The notes below the pieces were generated by a model. That model worked only from the letters and a program-made list of their open reading frames with translations, did no database searches and was not told where the DNA came from. Below, one piece after another: positions 11,179 to 20,595 of a DNA stretch of 64,000 bases (its first letter is position 1; each line of letters starts with the position of its first letter). The stretch is from Gemmatimonadota bacterium (GTDB lineage: Bacteria; Gemmatimonadota; Gemmatimonadetes; Gemmatimonadales; GWC2-71-9), in contig JBGPDL010000004.1 of assembly GCA_041482275.1 (NCBI GenBank), positions 9,862 through 73,861 on the forward strand, given 5' to 3'. A program made the translations under genes and the position numbers.

Positions 11179-13312
11179 TGGACTCCGGGTAGTCGATGCG
11201 GTTGTGGTACATGCCGGTGATGATGCGCAGGAATTCCCGCTTGGCCTCGTCGACTTGGCGCAGTGTCATCGGCGCTTCGTCCAACTGGCCGGCGTTCAGC
11301 TTGTTGCGCACGATGTGGTTGACCACCTCTTCGATTTTCGTCGGCGTCAGATCCTCGAGGACGCGCAGCGCCGCCTCGACCGAGTCGGCGAGCATCGTGA
11401 TGGCGGTTTCCGCCGAGTGCGGCTTGGGACCGGGATAGACGTAGTCGCCCGGCTGTGGAGACCCGCCATCGCCGCTCTTCTTGGCGCGATCGAGGAAATA
11501 GGTGATCTCGGTGGTGCCATGGTGCTCGGGGATGAACGCCGCGACGGCATCGGGCAACCCGGCTTCGCGCGCCAGCGCCAGCCCGTCCGTGACGTGCGCC
11601 TTGATGATCAGCGCCGACTGGTACGCCTTGAGTCGGTCGTGGGGGTTGTTGCCACGCGTCTGGTTCTCCACGAAATACTGCGGGTTCTTGATCTTTCCGA
11701 TATCGTGGTAATAGCACCCGACCCGCCCCAGCAGACCGTCGGCGCCGATCCGGTTGCAGGCGGCCTCCACGAGATTCGCCATCGCGACTGAGTGCGCGTA
11801 GGTGCCCGGCGCTTCGAGCGACAGGCGCCGCAGCAGCGGCCGGCTGGGGTCGGACAGCTCGAGCAGCGTGAGGTCGGTGGTGAGCCCGGTGAGCGACTCC
11901 GCGACGGGCAGGAGGAAGAACGTGAGTCCCGCGGAAACGAGCCCGTTGGCCGCACCCCACACGCCCCGCAGGCCGATGTCGGCGGCGCTCCAGCTCGCGG
12001 CGAGCCCGAGCGCCAAGGCGCCGGCCAGGTACCCGAGGGCGATGATCAGCACCGGCACGTAGAAGTTGCTGCGGCTCCGCAACGCGCGAACGGTCAGGGC
12101 CGCGGTCACGCCGCCGATGAGGCAGAGGAACAGCGCCGGCAAGTCGTGGAACACGGGCTGCAGGCCGATGACGATGGCGAGGATCATGGCGGCGATCATC
12201 GAGACGCGGCCGTTGAAGAGCACGGTGAGCATCATCGCCACGAAGGGCAAGACGATGATTTCGGGATGGTGCGGCGCGAACCGCGCCACGGCCGCGGCCT
12301 GCAGCAGGACGAGCGCGAACAGGCCGCCGACCACCGCCACCTGCCGGCGCTCCTGATACGTTTCGCGTCGGTACAGCACCATCAGCACCCAGAAGATCGC
12401 GAGGACCAGCGAGTCGCGCAGCACCGGTCCGAACACACCCCCGACCGAGCGGCTGGTCGCGGCGCCGCGGCGTACCAGGTCACTGTGCAGCGCGACGAGC
12501 TTCTCGTGGGCTTCGTTGGTCACCACCTCGTGGGCCCCGACGATCCGATCGCCGGCGCGCACGATGTACTTGCTGGCATCGACACTGCGGCGCAGCTCGT
12601 CGCGCCGCCGCTCCGTCTCGAGCGTGTTCGGGACCAGGGTGGGCCGGAAGAAGTGTCCGGCGAGCCGGACGTACAGCTGATCGCCAACGCTCGAGCCCCG
12701 GTCCGGATGGATGGCGCGCGCGCGCGACAGATACTGCGCGTATGACAGCACCTGGTCGCGCGACTGCGACTGCTCCCCCGAGCGGCGGCGCACAATGAGC
12801 TCCGATGCCTGCTCCACCTGCAGTACGCCCGGCCCGGTAACGCCAAGCGTCAGAGTTCGGTCGAACAGCTCGCTCAGCGCCTTCTCGAGGCCGTGGCGCT
12901 TCCCGCCCTTGCCCAGGTACGCGGCCTCCGGCGCTCCCAGCGCGAACCCCTGCGCCTTCGCCGCCACCAGGATCGTCGCGGCACCGCCCTGGTCCGCGGC
13001 CGTCTCTACGCTCGCGAAGAACGCGTGCAGGGCGATCTTCGCGCTGTCGAGCGCCCGTTCCTGGTACTGATAAATCGGCTTGACGGTGGCGGCGAGCTCC
13101 TCCGCCTCGCGCGCCAGCTCCTGATCCGACTTGTTCACGGGAAACGTGAACGGCGCGATCACGTCGCGGTCCGCCACCGCACCGGGCGCGAGCAGCGGGG
13201 CGACATTGGTCGCGCTCGAGGGGAACACGACGTAATTGAGCAGCGCCAGGCCCACCACCCAGGCCCAGCGGCTGCCGTGATAGCGTAGCTGCTCGCGGGT
13301 CGGCAGCCTCAT
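11135..13312 (-). CDS. 7TM-receptor HD/HDIG phosphohydrolase (PgpH/YqfF-like)
   Basis: 725 aa with an N-terminal extracytoplasmic region, about 7 TM helices and a C-terminal CYYHDIGKIKNPQYF...IPEHHGTTEITYF. Sits in the usual phoH-ybeY neighbourhood. Confidence 0.85.
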   Translation of the reverse strand: MRLPTREQLRYHGSRWAWVVGLALLNYVVFPSSATNVAPLLAPGAVADRDVIAPFTFPVNKSDQELAREAEELAATVKPIYQYQERALDSAKIALHAFFASVETAADQGGAATILVAAKAQGFALGAPEAAYLGKGGKRHGLEKALSELFDRTLTLGVTGPGVLQVEQASELIVRRRSGEQSQSRDQVLSYAQYLSRARAIHPDRGSSVGDQLYVRLAGHFFRPTLVPNTLETERRRDELRRSVDASKYIVRAGDRIVGAHEVVTNEAHEKLVALHSDLVRRGAATSRSVGGVFGPVLRDSLVLAIFWVLMVLYRRETYQERRQVAVVGGLFALVLLQAAAVARFAPHHPEIIVLPFVAMMLTVLFNGRVSMIAAMILAIVIGLQPVFHDLPALFLCLIGGVTAALTVRALRSRSNFYVPVLIIALGYLAGALALGLAASWSAADIGLRGVWGAANGLVSAGLTFFLLPVAESLTGLTTDLTLLELSDPSRPLLRRLSLEAPGTYAHSVAMANLVEAACNRIGADGLLGRVGCYYHDIGKIKNPQYFVENQTRGNNPHDRLKAYQSALIIKAHVTDGLALAREAGLPDAVAAFIPEHHGTTEITYFLDRAKKSGDGGSPQPGDYVYPGPKPHSAETAITMLADSVEAALRVLEDLTPTKIEEVVNHIVRNKLNAGQLDEAPMTLRQVDEAKREFLRIITGMYHNRIDYPESSGGITATWQPAAKA

Positions 13313-13313
13313 G

Positions 13314-14270
13314 TCAGCCCTGCGCGTCCTCGGCGTACGCCCGGATGATGTCCCGTACCAGGCGGTGCCGTACGACGTCCATGTCCCCGAGGTAACAGAA
13401 ACGGATCCCTTCGATCCCGGGGAGGATCCGCTCCACCTGCAGCAGGCCCGAGTCTTCCCGATTCGCCAAATCGATCTGCGTTTTGTCTCCCGTGATCACC
13501 GCTCGCGAGTTCACGCCCAGTCGCGTCAGAAACATCTTCATCTGCATGCCGGTCGCGTTCTGCGCTTCATCGAGAATCACAAAGGCGTCGGACAGCGTGC
13601 GGCCCCGCATGTAGGCGAGCGGCGCGATCTCGATGGTGCGGCTGTCAATCGCCTTCTGCACCCGGTCCCGCGGCATCATGTCCTCGAGCGCGTCGTACAG
13701 CGGCCGCAAGTAGGGGTCGACCTTCTCGTGCAGGTCGCCGGGCAGGAAGCCCAGGTTCTCCCCCGCTTCCACCGCCGGGCGCGCCAGCACGATGCGCCGT
13801 ACGCGCTTGCGCGACAGCGCGTCCACCGCCGCCGCCACCGCCAAATAGGTCTTCCCCGTGCCGGCCGGGCCGATCCCGATCACGATATCGTGCTGCGCCA
13901 CCGCCTGAAGGTACTCGCGTTGCCCCGCGGTCTTCGGCTGGATCACGCGACGCAGCCCCGGGAGGATGATCCGATACTCCCCCTCGGCGGCAGCGCCGGC
14001 CGGTGCGCGCCCCTCGTCGCTCACGATCCGGTCCACATCGGCCACCTCGAGCGCCTCGCCCATGCGCGCCAGATCCACCAGGGCCTGGGCCACGGGTGCG
14101 GCGCGCTCGACCGCCGGGAGCGGGCCGTGCAGCATCAGCACGTCGCCGCGCAGCGACACCCGCACGCCCAGGCGCTTCGCGAGCTCCACCAGGTTGCCAT
14201 CGTTCACGCCGGCGAGGGCGAGCGGGTCTACCCCTTCGGTCGAGAGGCGGTGGGTCACATCGTCGCTCAT
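13314..14270 (-). CDS. phoH: PhoH-like ATPase
   Basis: 318 aa. Walker A GPAGTGKTYLAV, then FVILDEAQN and VITGDKTQIDL. Confidence 0.9.
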   Translation of the reverse strand: MSDDVTHRLSTEGVDPLALAGVNDGNLVELAKRLGVRVSLRGDVLMLHGPLPAVERAAPVAQALVDLARMGEALEVADVDRIVSDEGRAPAGAAAEGEYRIILPGLRRVIQPKTAGQREYLQAVAQHDIVIGIGPAGTGKTYLAVAAAVDALSRKRVRRIVLARPAVEAGENLGFLPGDLHEKVDPYLRPLYDALEDMMPRDRVQKAIDSRTIEIAPLAYMRGRTLSDAFVILDEAQNATGMQMKMFLTRLGVNSRAVITGDKTQIDLANREDSGLLQVERILPGIEGIRFCYLGDMDVVRHRLVRDIIRAYAEDAQG

Positions 14271-16057
14271 CGTTTGACCTCGATGTGGAGCGCGCTCAGG
14301 TCCGCCGGGCTGGCGGGCGCGGGGGCGCCCTCGAACAGGGCACGGGCGGCCGTGGTCTTGGGGAACGCGATGACGTCGCGCAGCGATCCGGCGCCCGCCA
14401 GCAGCATAACGACGCGGTCGAACCCGATGGCGAACCCGCCGTGCGGCGGCGCGCCGGCCTGGAGACCGCTCAGCAAGAATCCGAAGCGGGCTTCGGCTTC
14501 CTGGGGCGACATCCCGAGATGGCCGAACACGCGACGTTGCACGCCTGCATCGGTGATGCGGATGGAGCCCGAGCCGAGTTCGTTGCCGTTGTAGACGGCG
14601 TCATAGTGCAGCGCGCGGCAGCTCAAGGGATCGGTGTCGAGACGCGCCACGTCATCCGGATGGGGCGACGTGAACGGATGGTGCGCGAACACGGGTTTCC
14701 CCGTCACCGGGTCCGGCTCGAACAGCGGGAAATCCACCACCCAGCAGAACGCGTGGGCCGAGGTGGGCGACGACCCGAGCCGCCGGATCACCTCCTGCCG
14801 CACGCGGTCGAGTACCGGCGACGTCACACGGTCGGGCCCGACCGTCATCAAGGCGGCATCGCCGTCACCCACGCCGAGCGCGCCGAGCGCCTCCGCCGTG
14901 AAATGCTTGGCGACCGAGCCCGAAATCTGTCCGCCCTGGCGTTTGACCCACGCCAGGCCCGCCCCACCCAGCTGCTTCGCCGTGTCGGCGAGCTGGTCCA
15001 CGTCCTTGCGCGACAGCGCTCCGCCGCCCTGCACCGCGAGGCCGCGCACCCGCGCCCCATCGGTGAGCGCCGCCTGGAAGAACGGCACGCCCAGCGGCTT
15101 TACCTGTGCCGTCCAATCGGCGATCGGAAAGCCGTAGCGCAGATCGGGCTTGTCGGTCCCGTAGCGCTCCAGCGCGTCCCGCCACGCGATCCGCAGAAAC
15201 GGTCGCGCGACAGGCTGCCCCGCTTCCTCCCACAGCGCCGCCAGCACCGCTTCCACATACCCGAGCACGTCCTCCATCCCCACGAACGACGCCTCGAGGT
15301 CGATCTGCGTGAACTCGGGCTGACGATCGTTGCGCAGGTCTTCGTCGCGGAAGCAGCGCGCGATCTGGAAATAGCGATCGAACCCGGCCACCATCAGCAG
15401 CTGCTTGTAGAGCTGGGGCGACTGCGGCAGGGCGTAGAACTCCCCCGGGTGCACGCGCGACGGGACCAGGTAGTCCCGCGCGCCCTCGGGAGTCGGCTTG
15501 GTGAGCACCGGCGTCTCGATCTCGAGGAACCCCAACTCGGAGAGCGCCCGGCGCGCCCGCTGCGCCAACCGGTGACGCAGGATCAGGTTCGCCTGCATCT
15601 CCGGGCGCCGCAGATCCAGATGGCGATGCTTGAGGCGCAGCTCCTCGGCGGCGAGCTCCTCGCCCTTGCCCCGGGCGACGGGGATCGCGGGCGTCACCGC
15701 GGGCCCTACGACCGTGAGCTTCGTCGCCTGGACCTCGACCTCGCCCGTCGCGAGCTCCGGGTTCTTCATGGTCGGCGGACGAGCCGTCACCTCGCCCTCG
15801 ACTTCGACCACGGCCTCGCTCGTCAATCCGCCCGCCACCTGCCGCACCGCCTCCGGTGCCGCGGGCCCGATCGCCACCTGGACGATCCCCGCCCGGTCGC
15901 GCAGGTCGATGAACGCGATGCCGCCCAGGTCCCGGCGGCGATGCACCCACCCGCCCAGCCGCACCCGCTGCCCCACGTGCTGCGCGCGCAGCTCGCCGCA
16001 ACGATGCGTGCGCCGGGACGTGCTACTGACGTTCTCTATGAGACCTCCGCCTCGCAC
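14267..16057 (-). CDS. aspS: aspartyl-tRNA synthetase
   Basis: 596 aa. N-terminal OB fold (RLGGWVHRRRDLGGIAFIDLRDRAG), class II motifs FRDEDLRNDRQPEFTQIDLE and GGFAIGFDRVVMLL. Confidence 0.95.
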   Translation of the reverse strand: MRGGGLIENVSSTSRRTHRCGELRAQHVGQRVRLGGWVHRRRDLGGIAFIDLRDRAGIVQVAIGPAAPEAVRQVAGGLTSEAVVEVEGEVTARPPTMKNPELATGEVEVQATKLTVVGPAVTPAIPVARGKGEELAAEELRLKHRHLDLRRPEMQANLILRHRLAQRARRALSELGFLEIETPVLTKPTPEGARDYLVPSRVHPGEFYALPQSPQLYKQLLMVAGFDRYFQIARCFRDEDLRNDRQPEFTQIDLEASFVGMEDVLGYVEAVLAALWEEAGQPVARPFLRIAWRDALERYGTDKPDLRYGFPIADWTAQVKPLGVPFFQAALTDGARVRGLAVQGGGALSRKDVDQLADTAKQLGGAGLAWVKRQGGQISGSVAKHFTAEALGALGVGDGDAALMTVGPDRVTSPVLDRVRQEVIRRLGSSPTSAHAFCWVVDFPLFEPDPVTGKPVFAHHPFTSPHPDDVARLDTDPLSCRALHYDAVYNGNELGSGSIRITDAGVQRRVFGHLGMSPQEAEARFGFLLSGLQAGAPPHGGFAIGFDRVVMLLAGAGSLRDVIAFPKTTAARALFEGAPAPASPADLSALHIEVKR

Positions 16058-16491
16058 AGGGCGCGGTAGAATTCCTCAGGGGTGCGGGCGCCCAGCAGTT
16101 TGTCGCGCACCGGCTCGCGCCGTACCAGCCGGGAGATCCGGCTCAGGGCCTTCACGTGAGCTCCTGCGGCCGATTCCGGGCCGGCCAGGAGGAAAAACAG
16201 GCGCACCGGCTCGCCATCGATGGTTTCATAGGGCACCGGCGCGGGCGTCGTTCCCGCCACGACTACCAGGCTCGACAACGCCGGCGTCTTGCCGTGCGGC
16301 ACCGCCACGCCGTAGCCGATGCCCGTGGGAAACTGCTTCTCCCGCTCGAGAATAGCCCCCAGGACCTCGTCCGAGGGACTGCCGTTGCCCGCCACCACCA
16401 GACCCACCAACTCCCGGAGCACCCCTTCCTTGTCGGTGGCGTGGAGGGGGACCCGGATACGCGTGGGGGTCAACAGCTCGGACAGGCGCAC
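16036..16491 (-). CDS. ptsN: PTS EIIA-2 domain protein (PtsN / EIIA-Ntr-like)
   Basis: 151 aa with a GTG start. TGIGYGVAVPHGK contains the phospho-His site. Overlaps the aspS start by 22 nt. Confidence 0.8.
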   Translation of the reverse strand: MRLSELLTPTRIRVPLHATDKEGVLRELVGLVVAGNGSPSDEVLGAILEREKQFPTGIGYGVAVPHGKTPALSSLVVVAGTTPAPVPYETIDGEPVRLFFLLAGPESAAGAHVKALSRISRLVRREPVRDKLLGARTPEEFYRALCEAEVS

Positions 16492-16533
16492 GGTGGTCCA
16501 AGTGTCCTAAACGATTGAAGATAGTTAAGTTAA

Positions 16534-17637
16534 GTGCGACATGCAACGCATTTCCCGAGTGGCACTTACGGCGTGGACCTGCTGAGTCTCGCCCCCGAAG
16601 GCGCGCGCGCTGCGCTCGCCGAGTGGCTCGCCACGCGCGGCGAGCCACCGTACCGCGCGAAGCAGATCCTGCCCCGTCTGTGGCAGCGTCCGGTCGCGTC
16701 ATGGGACGACGCGACCGAGTTGCCGGCCGGGCTCCGGCGCGAGCTCGCTGGCGCATTCCCGCTGCGCCGCCCGGCCCTCAGGGCGCGCCAGGTGTCGCGC
16801 GACGGCACGGAGAAGTATTTGTGGGACCTGGGCGACGGCGAGGCGGTCGAGTCGGTGCTCATCCCTGAGGGGCGTCGACGCACATTGTGCATCTCGTCCC
16901 AGGTGGGGTGCGCGCTAGGCTGCGTGTTCTGCGCCACGGGGCGGATGGGATTTCGGCGTAACCTGTCGGCTGCGGAAATTGTCGGCCAGGTACGCGAGGT
17001 GATGCTGCTCGACGCCGCGCTGAAACCCACCAATGTGGTCTTCATGGGTATGGGCGAACCCCTGCTCAACTGGGAGGCGGTCGATACCGCGCTCACCATT
17101 CTCAACCATCGTGACGGATTGGGGATCGGGGCGCGTCACATCACCGTGTCGACCGTCGGCATCCTGCCCAGCCTCGCCAAGCTCGCCGAGCGGCCCGAGC
17201 AGTTCCGGCTGGCGCTCTCCCTGCACGCGCCAACGGCGGAGCTGCGGCGCGAGCTGATGCCGATCGAGCGGAAGTACGCGTTGCCGCAGGTGATCGCGGC
17301 GCTGAGCCGGTTTCGCCGGCGAGTAACGCTCGAGTACGTGCTGATCGGGGGGAAGAACGACGGTCTCGATCACGCCGACCGGCTGGCCGAGCTCGCCCGG
17401 CCGTTGGGCGCGCTCGTGAATCTGTTGCCGCTGCATCCCGGGGGGGCGCCGGATCTTTCGCCCAGCGCGCGGGCCCAGATGCTCGAATTCGAGCGGCGGC
17501 TCAAGCGCCACGGCGTGGAGGCGGTGCTGCGCCGCAGCCGCGGGCTCGACATCAGCGCGGCGTGCGGGCAGCTACGGGTGGAACTCGAGGCGCGTCGGCG
17601 CAAAGTCGGCGCCGAGCAGCACGCTCGCGTCGAGTAG
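16534..17637 (+). CDS. rlmN: 23S rRNA/tRNA adenine-C2 methyltransferase RlmN (radical SAM)
   Basis: 367 aa. YRAKQILPRLW, radical-SAM cluster GCALGCVFCATG, C-terminal AACGQL followed by an extension of about 25 aa. Start is the GTG at 16534 or a GTG near 16573. Confidence 0.9.
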   Translation: MRHATHFPSGTYGVDLLSLAPEGARAALAEWLATRGEPPYRAKQILPRLWQRPVASWDDATELPAGLRRELAGAFPLRRPALRARQVSRDGTEKYLWDLGDGEAVESVLIPEGRRRTLCISSQVGCALGCVFCATGRMGFRRNLSAAEIVGQVREVMLLDAALKPTNVVFMGMGEPLLNWEAVDTALTILNHRDGLGIGARHITVSTVGILPSLAKLAERPEQFRLALSLHAPTAELRRELMPIERKYALPQVIAALSRFRRRVTLEYVLIGGKNDGLDHADRLAELARPLGALVNLLPLHPGGAPDLSPSARAQMLEFERRLKRHGVEAVLRRSRGLDISAACGQLRVELEARRRKVGAEQHARVE

Positions 17638-17979
17638 GCGCGCGCTGTCGGGCTGGATCTCCACGCGACCGACGCCGAGCGCCGCGCGAACGCGCTTTCC
17701 CACCGCGCTGCCACCGCGCCGTACCAGGATGCGCGTGGAGTCGAGCGCGGCCGTCCCTTCCACCGCGTTGCCGAAGCTCACCACGTCGATGCCGGCGCGG
17801 CGAAGCACGCGGGTGCCGACCCTCGCGAGCCCCGGCTTCCCGCTTCCGTTCAACACCTCGACGGTGATACGCGCCCCCGCTTCTCCCGGGACGGGGAGGG
17901 TATCCCCGCCTGCCCGGTCGTTGCGACACGCGCCGAGCACCGCCGCGCCGACGATCAGTATCCGAGCAGGGAGTTCCAG
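17572..17979 (-). CDS. LytR_C domain protein, probable lipoprotein
   Basis: The ORF-track version (17572..17940, GTG) begins MLGAC. The frame stays open upstream to a TGA at 17992-17994 and reads ...LELPARILIVGAAVLGAC, which is a signal peptide plus lipobox with only CTG codons available as starts (17979 or 17958). LytR_C core: ITVEVLNGSGKPGLA...ILVRRG. Confidence 0.6.
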   Translation of the reverse strand: MELPARILIVGAAVLGACRNDRAGGDTLPVPGEAGARITVEVLNGSGKPGLARVGTRVLRRAGIDVVSFGNAVEGTAALDSTRILVRRGGSAVGKRVRAALGVGRVEIQPDSARLLDASVLLGADFAPTRLEFHP

Positions 17980-18452
17980 AAGTCCACCGTTTCACGGAGC
18001 AGCGGCCAGCGTCCTTCGATAACGCGCTCGATGCGGCGGGCGGCGACCTGCTTGAGCACAGCGTCCCGCTCGTCGGGGACGCGCGCCGCGAGCGAGCGCC
18101 GCAGCTCCTGATCGAACGGGCGCCCGGGCTCGAGATAATCCGCCAGATAGAGCATGCGGCCCACGGCGTCCCATCCCGCAAAGCCGAGGGAATGGTAGCG
18201 GACGCCGTCGAGGACGCCCCGATCTGCTTCGCCGTCATGGGCCGCCCGCTCGGCGGCCAGAGGGCCGTGTGCCAGCTCGTCCGCGGCGGGCGAGTCGCGC
18301 AGCGCGTCGTGCAGCCACGCCGCACGGAGCCAACGGGCCCGTTCGTCGTCGGGGGTCTGCATCCCCATTGCCCAGGCGGAGAGCAGCGCCGCCACGCGCT
18401 CGATGTGGGCACGGCGCTCGGGCGTCACGATGGCCCACGGAGGGAGCGCCAT
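17955..18452 (-). CDS. HD-domain hydrolase, YqeK-like
   Basis: 165 aa. H...HD pattern (RRAHIERVA...AAWLHDALRD), then YHSLGFAGWDAVGRMLYLADYLEPGR. TGATG overlap with the panC stop. Confidence 0.6.
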   Translation of the reverse strand: MALPPWAIVTPERRAHIERVAALLSAWAMGMQTPDDERARWLRAAWLHDALRDSPAADELAHGPLAAERAAHDGEADRGVLDGVRYHSLGFAGWDAVGRMLYLADYLEPGRPFDQELRRSLAARVPDERDAVLKQVAARRIERVIEGRWPLLRETVDFWNSLLGY

Positions 18453-19321
18453 CAGGTTCGCACCGCGGTGTCCGCCGCCACGCCTTCGCCCAGCACGACG
18501 TTGTCGATGAGGCGTGTGGTCCCCACCCGGGCCGCGACCACCACCACCGTGCGGGCGTCTGCGTGCGCCGCCGGCCGCAGCCGCTCATCCACCAGGGCGA
18601 GGTATTCGGGTGTCACGCCGGGCGCTCGCAGGACCTCCATGCCGCGCTGCTCGAGCGCCTTGGGATTAGCTTCCCCGCCGCGCCACGCCTGCTCCACGGC
18701 CCGGAGTGCACGCGAGAGGGCGAGCGCCGTGCGGCGGTCGTCGCCCTTGAGATATGCGTTGCGTGACGACAGGGCGAGGCCGTCGAGCTCGCGCACAGTA
18801 GGCGCGATGTCGATTTCGAGACCGCAGTCCAGGTCCGCCGCCATCTGCTGCACGAGGATCGCCTGCTGGAAGTCCTTCCGCCCGAACACGGCGATGTCGG
18901 GCTCGACGATGTGGAACAACTTTGCCACCACGGTGAGCACGCCGGCGAAGTGTCCCGGCCGGGCTGCTCCCTCGAGCGTCTCGCCCATGGGACCCGGGTG
19001 CACCCGCACGACCGGGTCGACGGGATACATCACCTGAGTCTGCGGAACGAACAGGCAGTCCACGCCCCGTTCCGCGGTGCGCACCCGGTCCCGCTCCAAG
19101 TCGCGGGGGTACGTGGCGAAGTCTTCCTTCGGCCCGAACTGGAGCGGGTTCACGAAGATGCTCAGCACGACCCGGTCGGCGCGCTGCTTCGCCCGCTCCA
19201 CGAGCCTGAGGTGTCCCTCGTGCAGGAAGCCCATCGTGGGGACGAAGCCGATGCGGCGGCCGCGGGCGCGCTCGGCGCGCGACCAGGCGCGCATGTCCTT
19301 CGGGCTCGCGAGCTCGTGCAT
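18452..19321 (-). CDS. panC: pantoate--beta-alanine ligase
   Basis: Trimmed from ORF 18452..19687 to MHELASPKDM. IGFVPTMGFLHEGHLRL and SIFVNPLQFGPKEDF are PanC signatures. Confidence 0.9.
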   Translation of the reverse strand: MHELASPKDMRAWSRAERARGRRIGFVPTMGFLHEGHLRLVERAKQRADRVVLSIFVNPLQFGPKEDFATYPRDLERDRVRTAERGVDCLFVPQTQVMYPVDPVVRVHPGPMGETLEGAARPGHFAGVLTVVAKLFHIVEPDIAVFGRKDFQQAILVQQMAADLDCGLEIDIAPTVRELDGLALSSRNAYLKGDDRRTALALSRALRAVEQAWRGGEANPKALEQRGMEVLRAPGVTPEYLALVDERLRPAAHADARTVVVVAARVGTTRLIDNVVLGEGVAADTAVRT

Positions 19322-19323
19322 CC

Positions 19324-20592
19324 CTACTCCAGCGGCAACACAACGCAATCGGTCAGGTACGGATCGTCGAACCGAGCCAGCTGCCCCGCCGCCTTGCCCG
19401 GCACGGGGAACAATCGGGCAGACAGCGGCTTGCGCAGCTTGGTGGCGAGCGCCGCGACATCCCCGATGAGCGCCGCCAGCCGCTCCACGGCAACGTCCCC
19501 GGGCAGCGGCACTACGTCGAGCCCGGTGCCGCAGACACTCGAATACAGCAGCAGCTCGCGCACGCTGTAGCGGCCTTCGCCCGCTCGCCGGGCGAGCACC
19601 GGATCCTCGAGCACCGGGAGCATCAGCCCCGAGTACCCGCAGGTCTTGAGCCGCACGGTCTTGAGCACGTCCGTGATCGCGGCGCATCCCGCCAGCGTCC
19701 CCGCGGCTCCGAACGGCACTCCCGTGAGGGTTTCGATGGCGGTTCCGATGCTCGCGTCCTTGCCCGGCGCCGGTGACATGTCGATCCCCAGGTATGCCCG
19801 CCGCTCCCGCCGCGCGATGCGCTCGCCCAGGCGCTCGAGGGGTGCGAGCCGCGACTCGAGAATATGCCGCAGCCGCGACCGGGCGTCCGCCAAGGTGTGC
19901 GGTCCGGTGAAGGCCTCGGTGAGGAGCGGCGGCGCCTCCGTCCCGATGGCGAACGCGTCCGGACCGCGGTGATGCGCCACGGGAAAGAAGGGCGTGCCAG
20001 CTGGAACGTTTGCGGCCGCCGCGAAGCTGAAATTGCCGAGCCCTCCTTCCGTGGCGCGCGCAATGGCGGCCATCGCCTCAGCAGCGACACGCGTCGCCTG
20101 GGGCACCACGCCCTGCTCGGGTGACGCCACCGTCACGGTGAAGCTCATGTTGCGCGTGGTGCGGGCGAGCTCCGCGGCCCAGGGCGCGAAGTCGGGATCG
20201 CTTCGATCGCCGGCGAATGCCGGGCCGATGCTCACGAGCATCTCCTCCGCGACAGCGACTCGATCCAACGCGCGCAACGCCTCCAGCGCGCCGGCGCGCG
20301 CGCCCGCCCCCAATCCGGCGACGAGCGGTTGCGTGGCGAGGCGAACGGTCTGCACCTCGTAACCGCCGTCTTGCAGCACGCGCTTGGATCGCTTGAGGAA
20401 CGCGAGCGCCGCCTCGACCGGACGCATGTCGGAGGGGCTGGAGAGCGTCGTGCCGGCCGTGATCGTGCGCACCCGGAAGCCGACACCGTCCGACCGCTCG
20501 TCTGGCGACTCGATCAGACCCCGCGGCATGAGCCGCCCCACCGCCGCCGCGGCGAGCAGCCCGACGGCCTCACGCCGCGACAGATCACTCAT
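19324..20592 (-). CDS. DUF711 / UPF0210 family protein
   Basis: 422 aa. FRVRTITAGTTL near the N-terminus, GNFSFAAAANVPAGTPFFP and SVCGTGLDVVPLPGD match my recollection of UPF0210 proteins. An alternative start is Met22 at 20529. Confidence 0.6.
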   Translation of the reverse strand: MSDLSRREAVGLLAAAAVGRLMPRGLIESPDERSDGVGFRVRTITAGTTLSSPSDMRPVEAALAFLKRSKRVLQDGGYEVQTVRLATQPLVAGLGAGARAGALEALRALDRVAVAEEMLVSIGPAFAGDRSDPDFAPWAAELARTTRNMSFTVTVASPEQGVVPQATRVAAEAMAAIARATEGGLGNFSFAAAANVPAGTPFFPVAHHRGPDAFAIGTEAPPLLTEAFTGPHTLADARSRLRHILESRLAPLERLGERIARRERRAYLGIDMSPAPGKDASIGTAIETLTGVPFGAAGTLAGCAAITDVLKTVRLKTCGYSGLMLPVLEDPVLARRAGEGRYSVRELLLYSSVCGTGLDVVPLPGDVAVERLAALIGDVAALATKLRKPLSARLFPVPGKAAGQLARFDDPYLTDCVVLPLE

Positions 20593-20595
20593 GGG

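Noticed and set aside
16492-16533. AT-richer divergent spacer between ptsN and rlmN as a defined promoter pair
   Set aside because: It is probably a promoter region, but I could not place convincing -35/-10 hexamers with proper spacing for either direction. The rlmN start itself is ambiguous (16534 or about 16573).
20529-20592. Possible twin-arginine signal (MSDLSRREAVGLLAAAAVG) on the DUF711 protein
   Set aside because: It is a weak match to S/T-R-R-x-F-L-K, with a short h-region interrupted by Arg and no obvious AxA site. An internal Met at 20529 gives a normal cytoplasmic N-terminus. I cannot decide this without SignalP/TatP.
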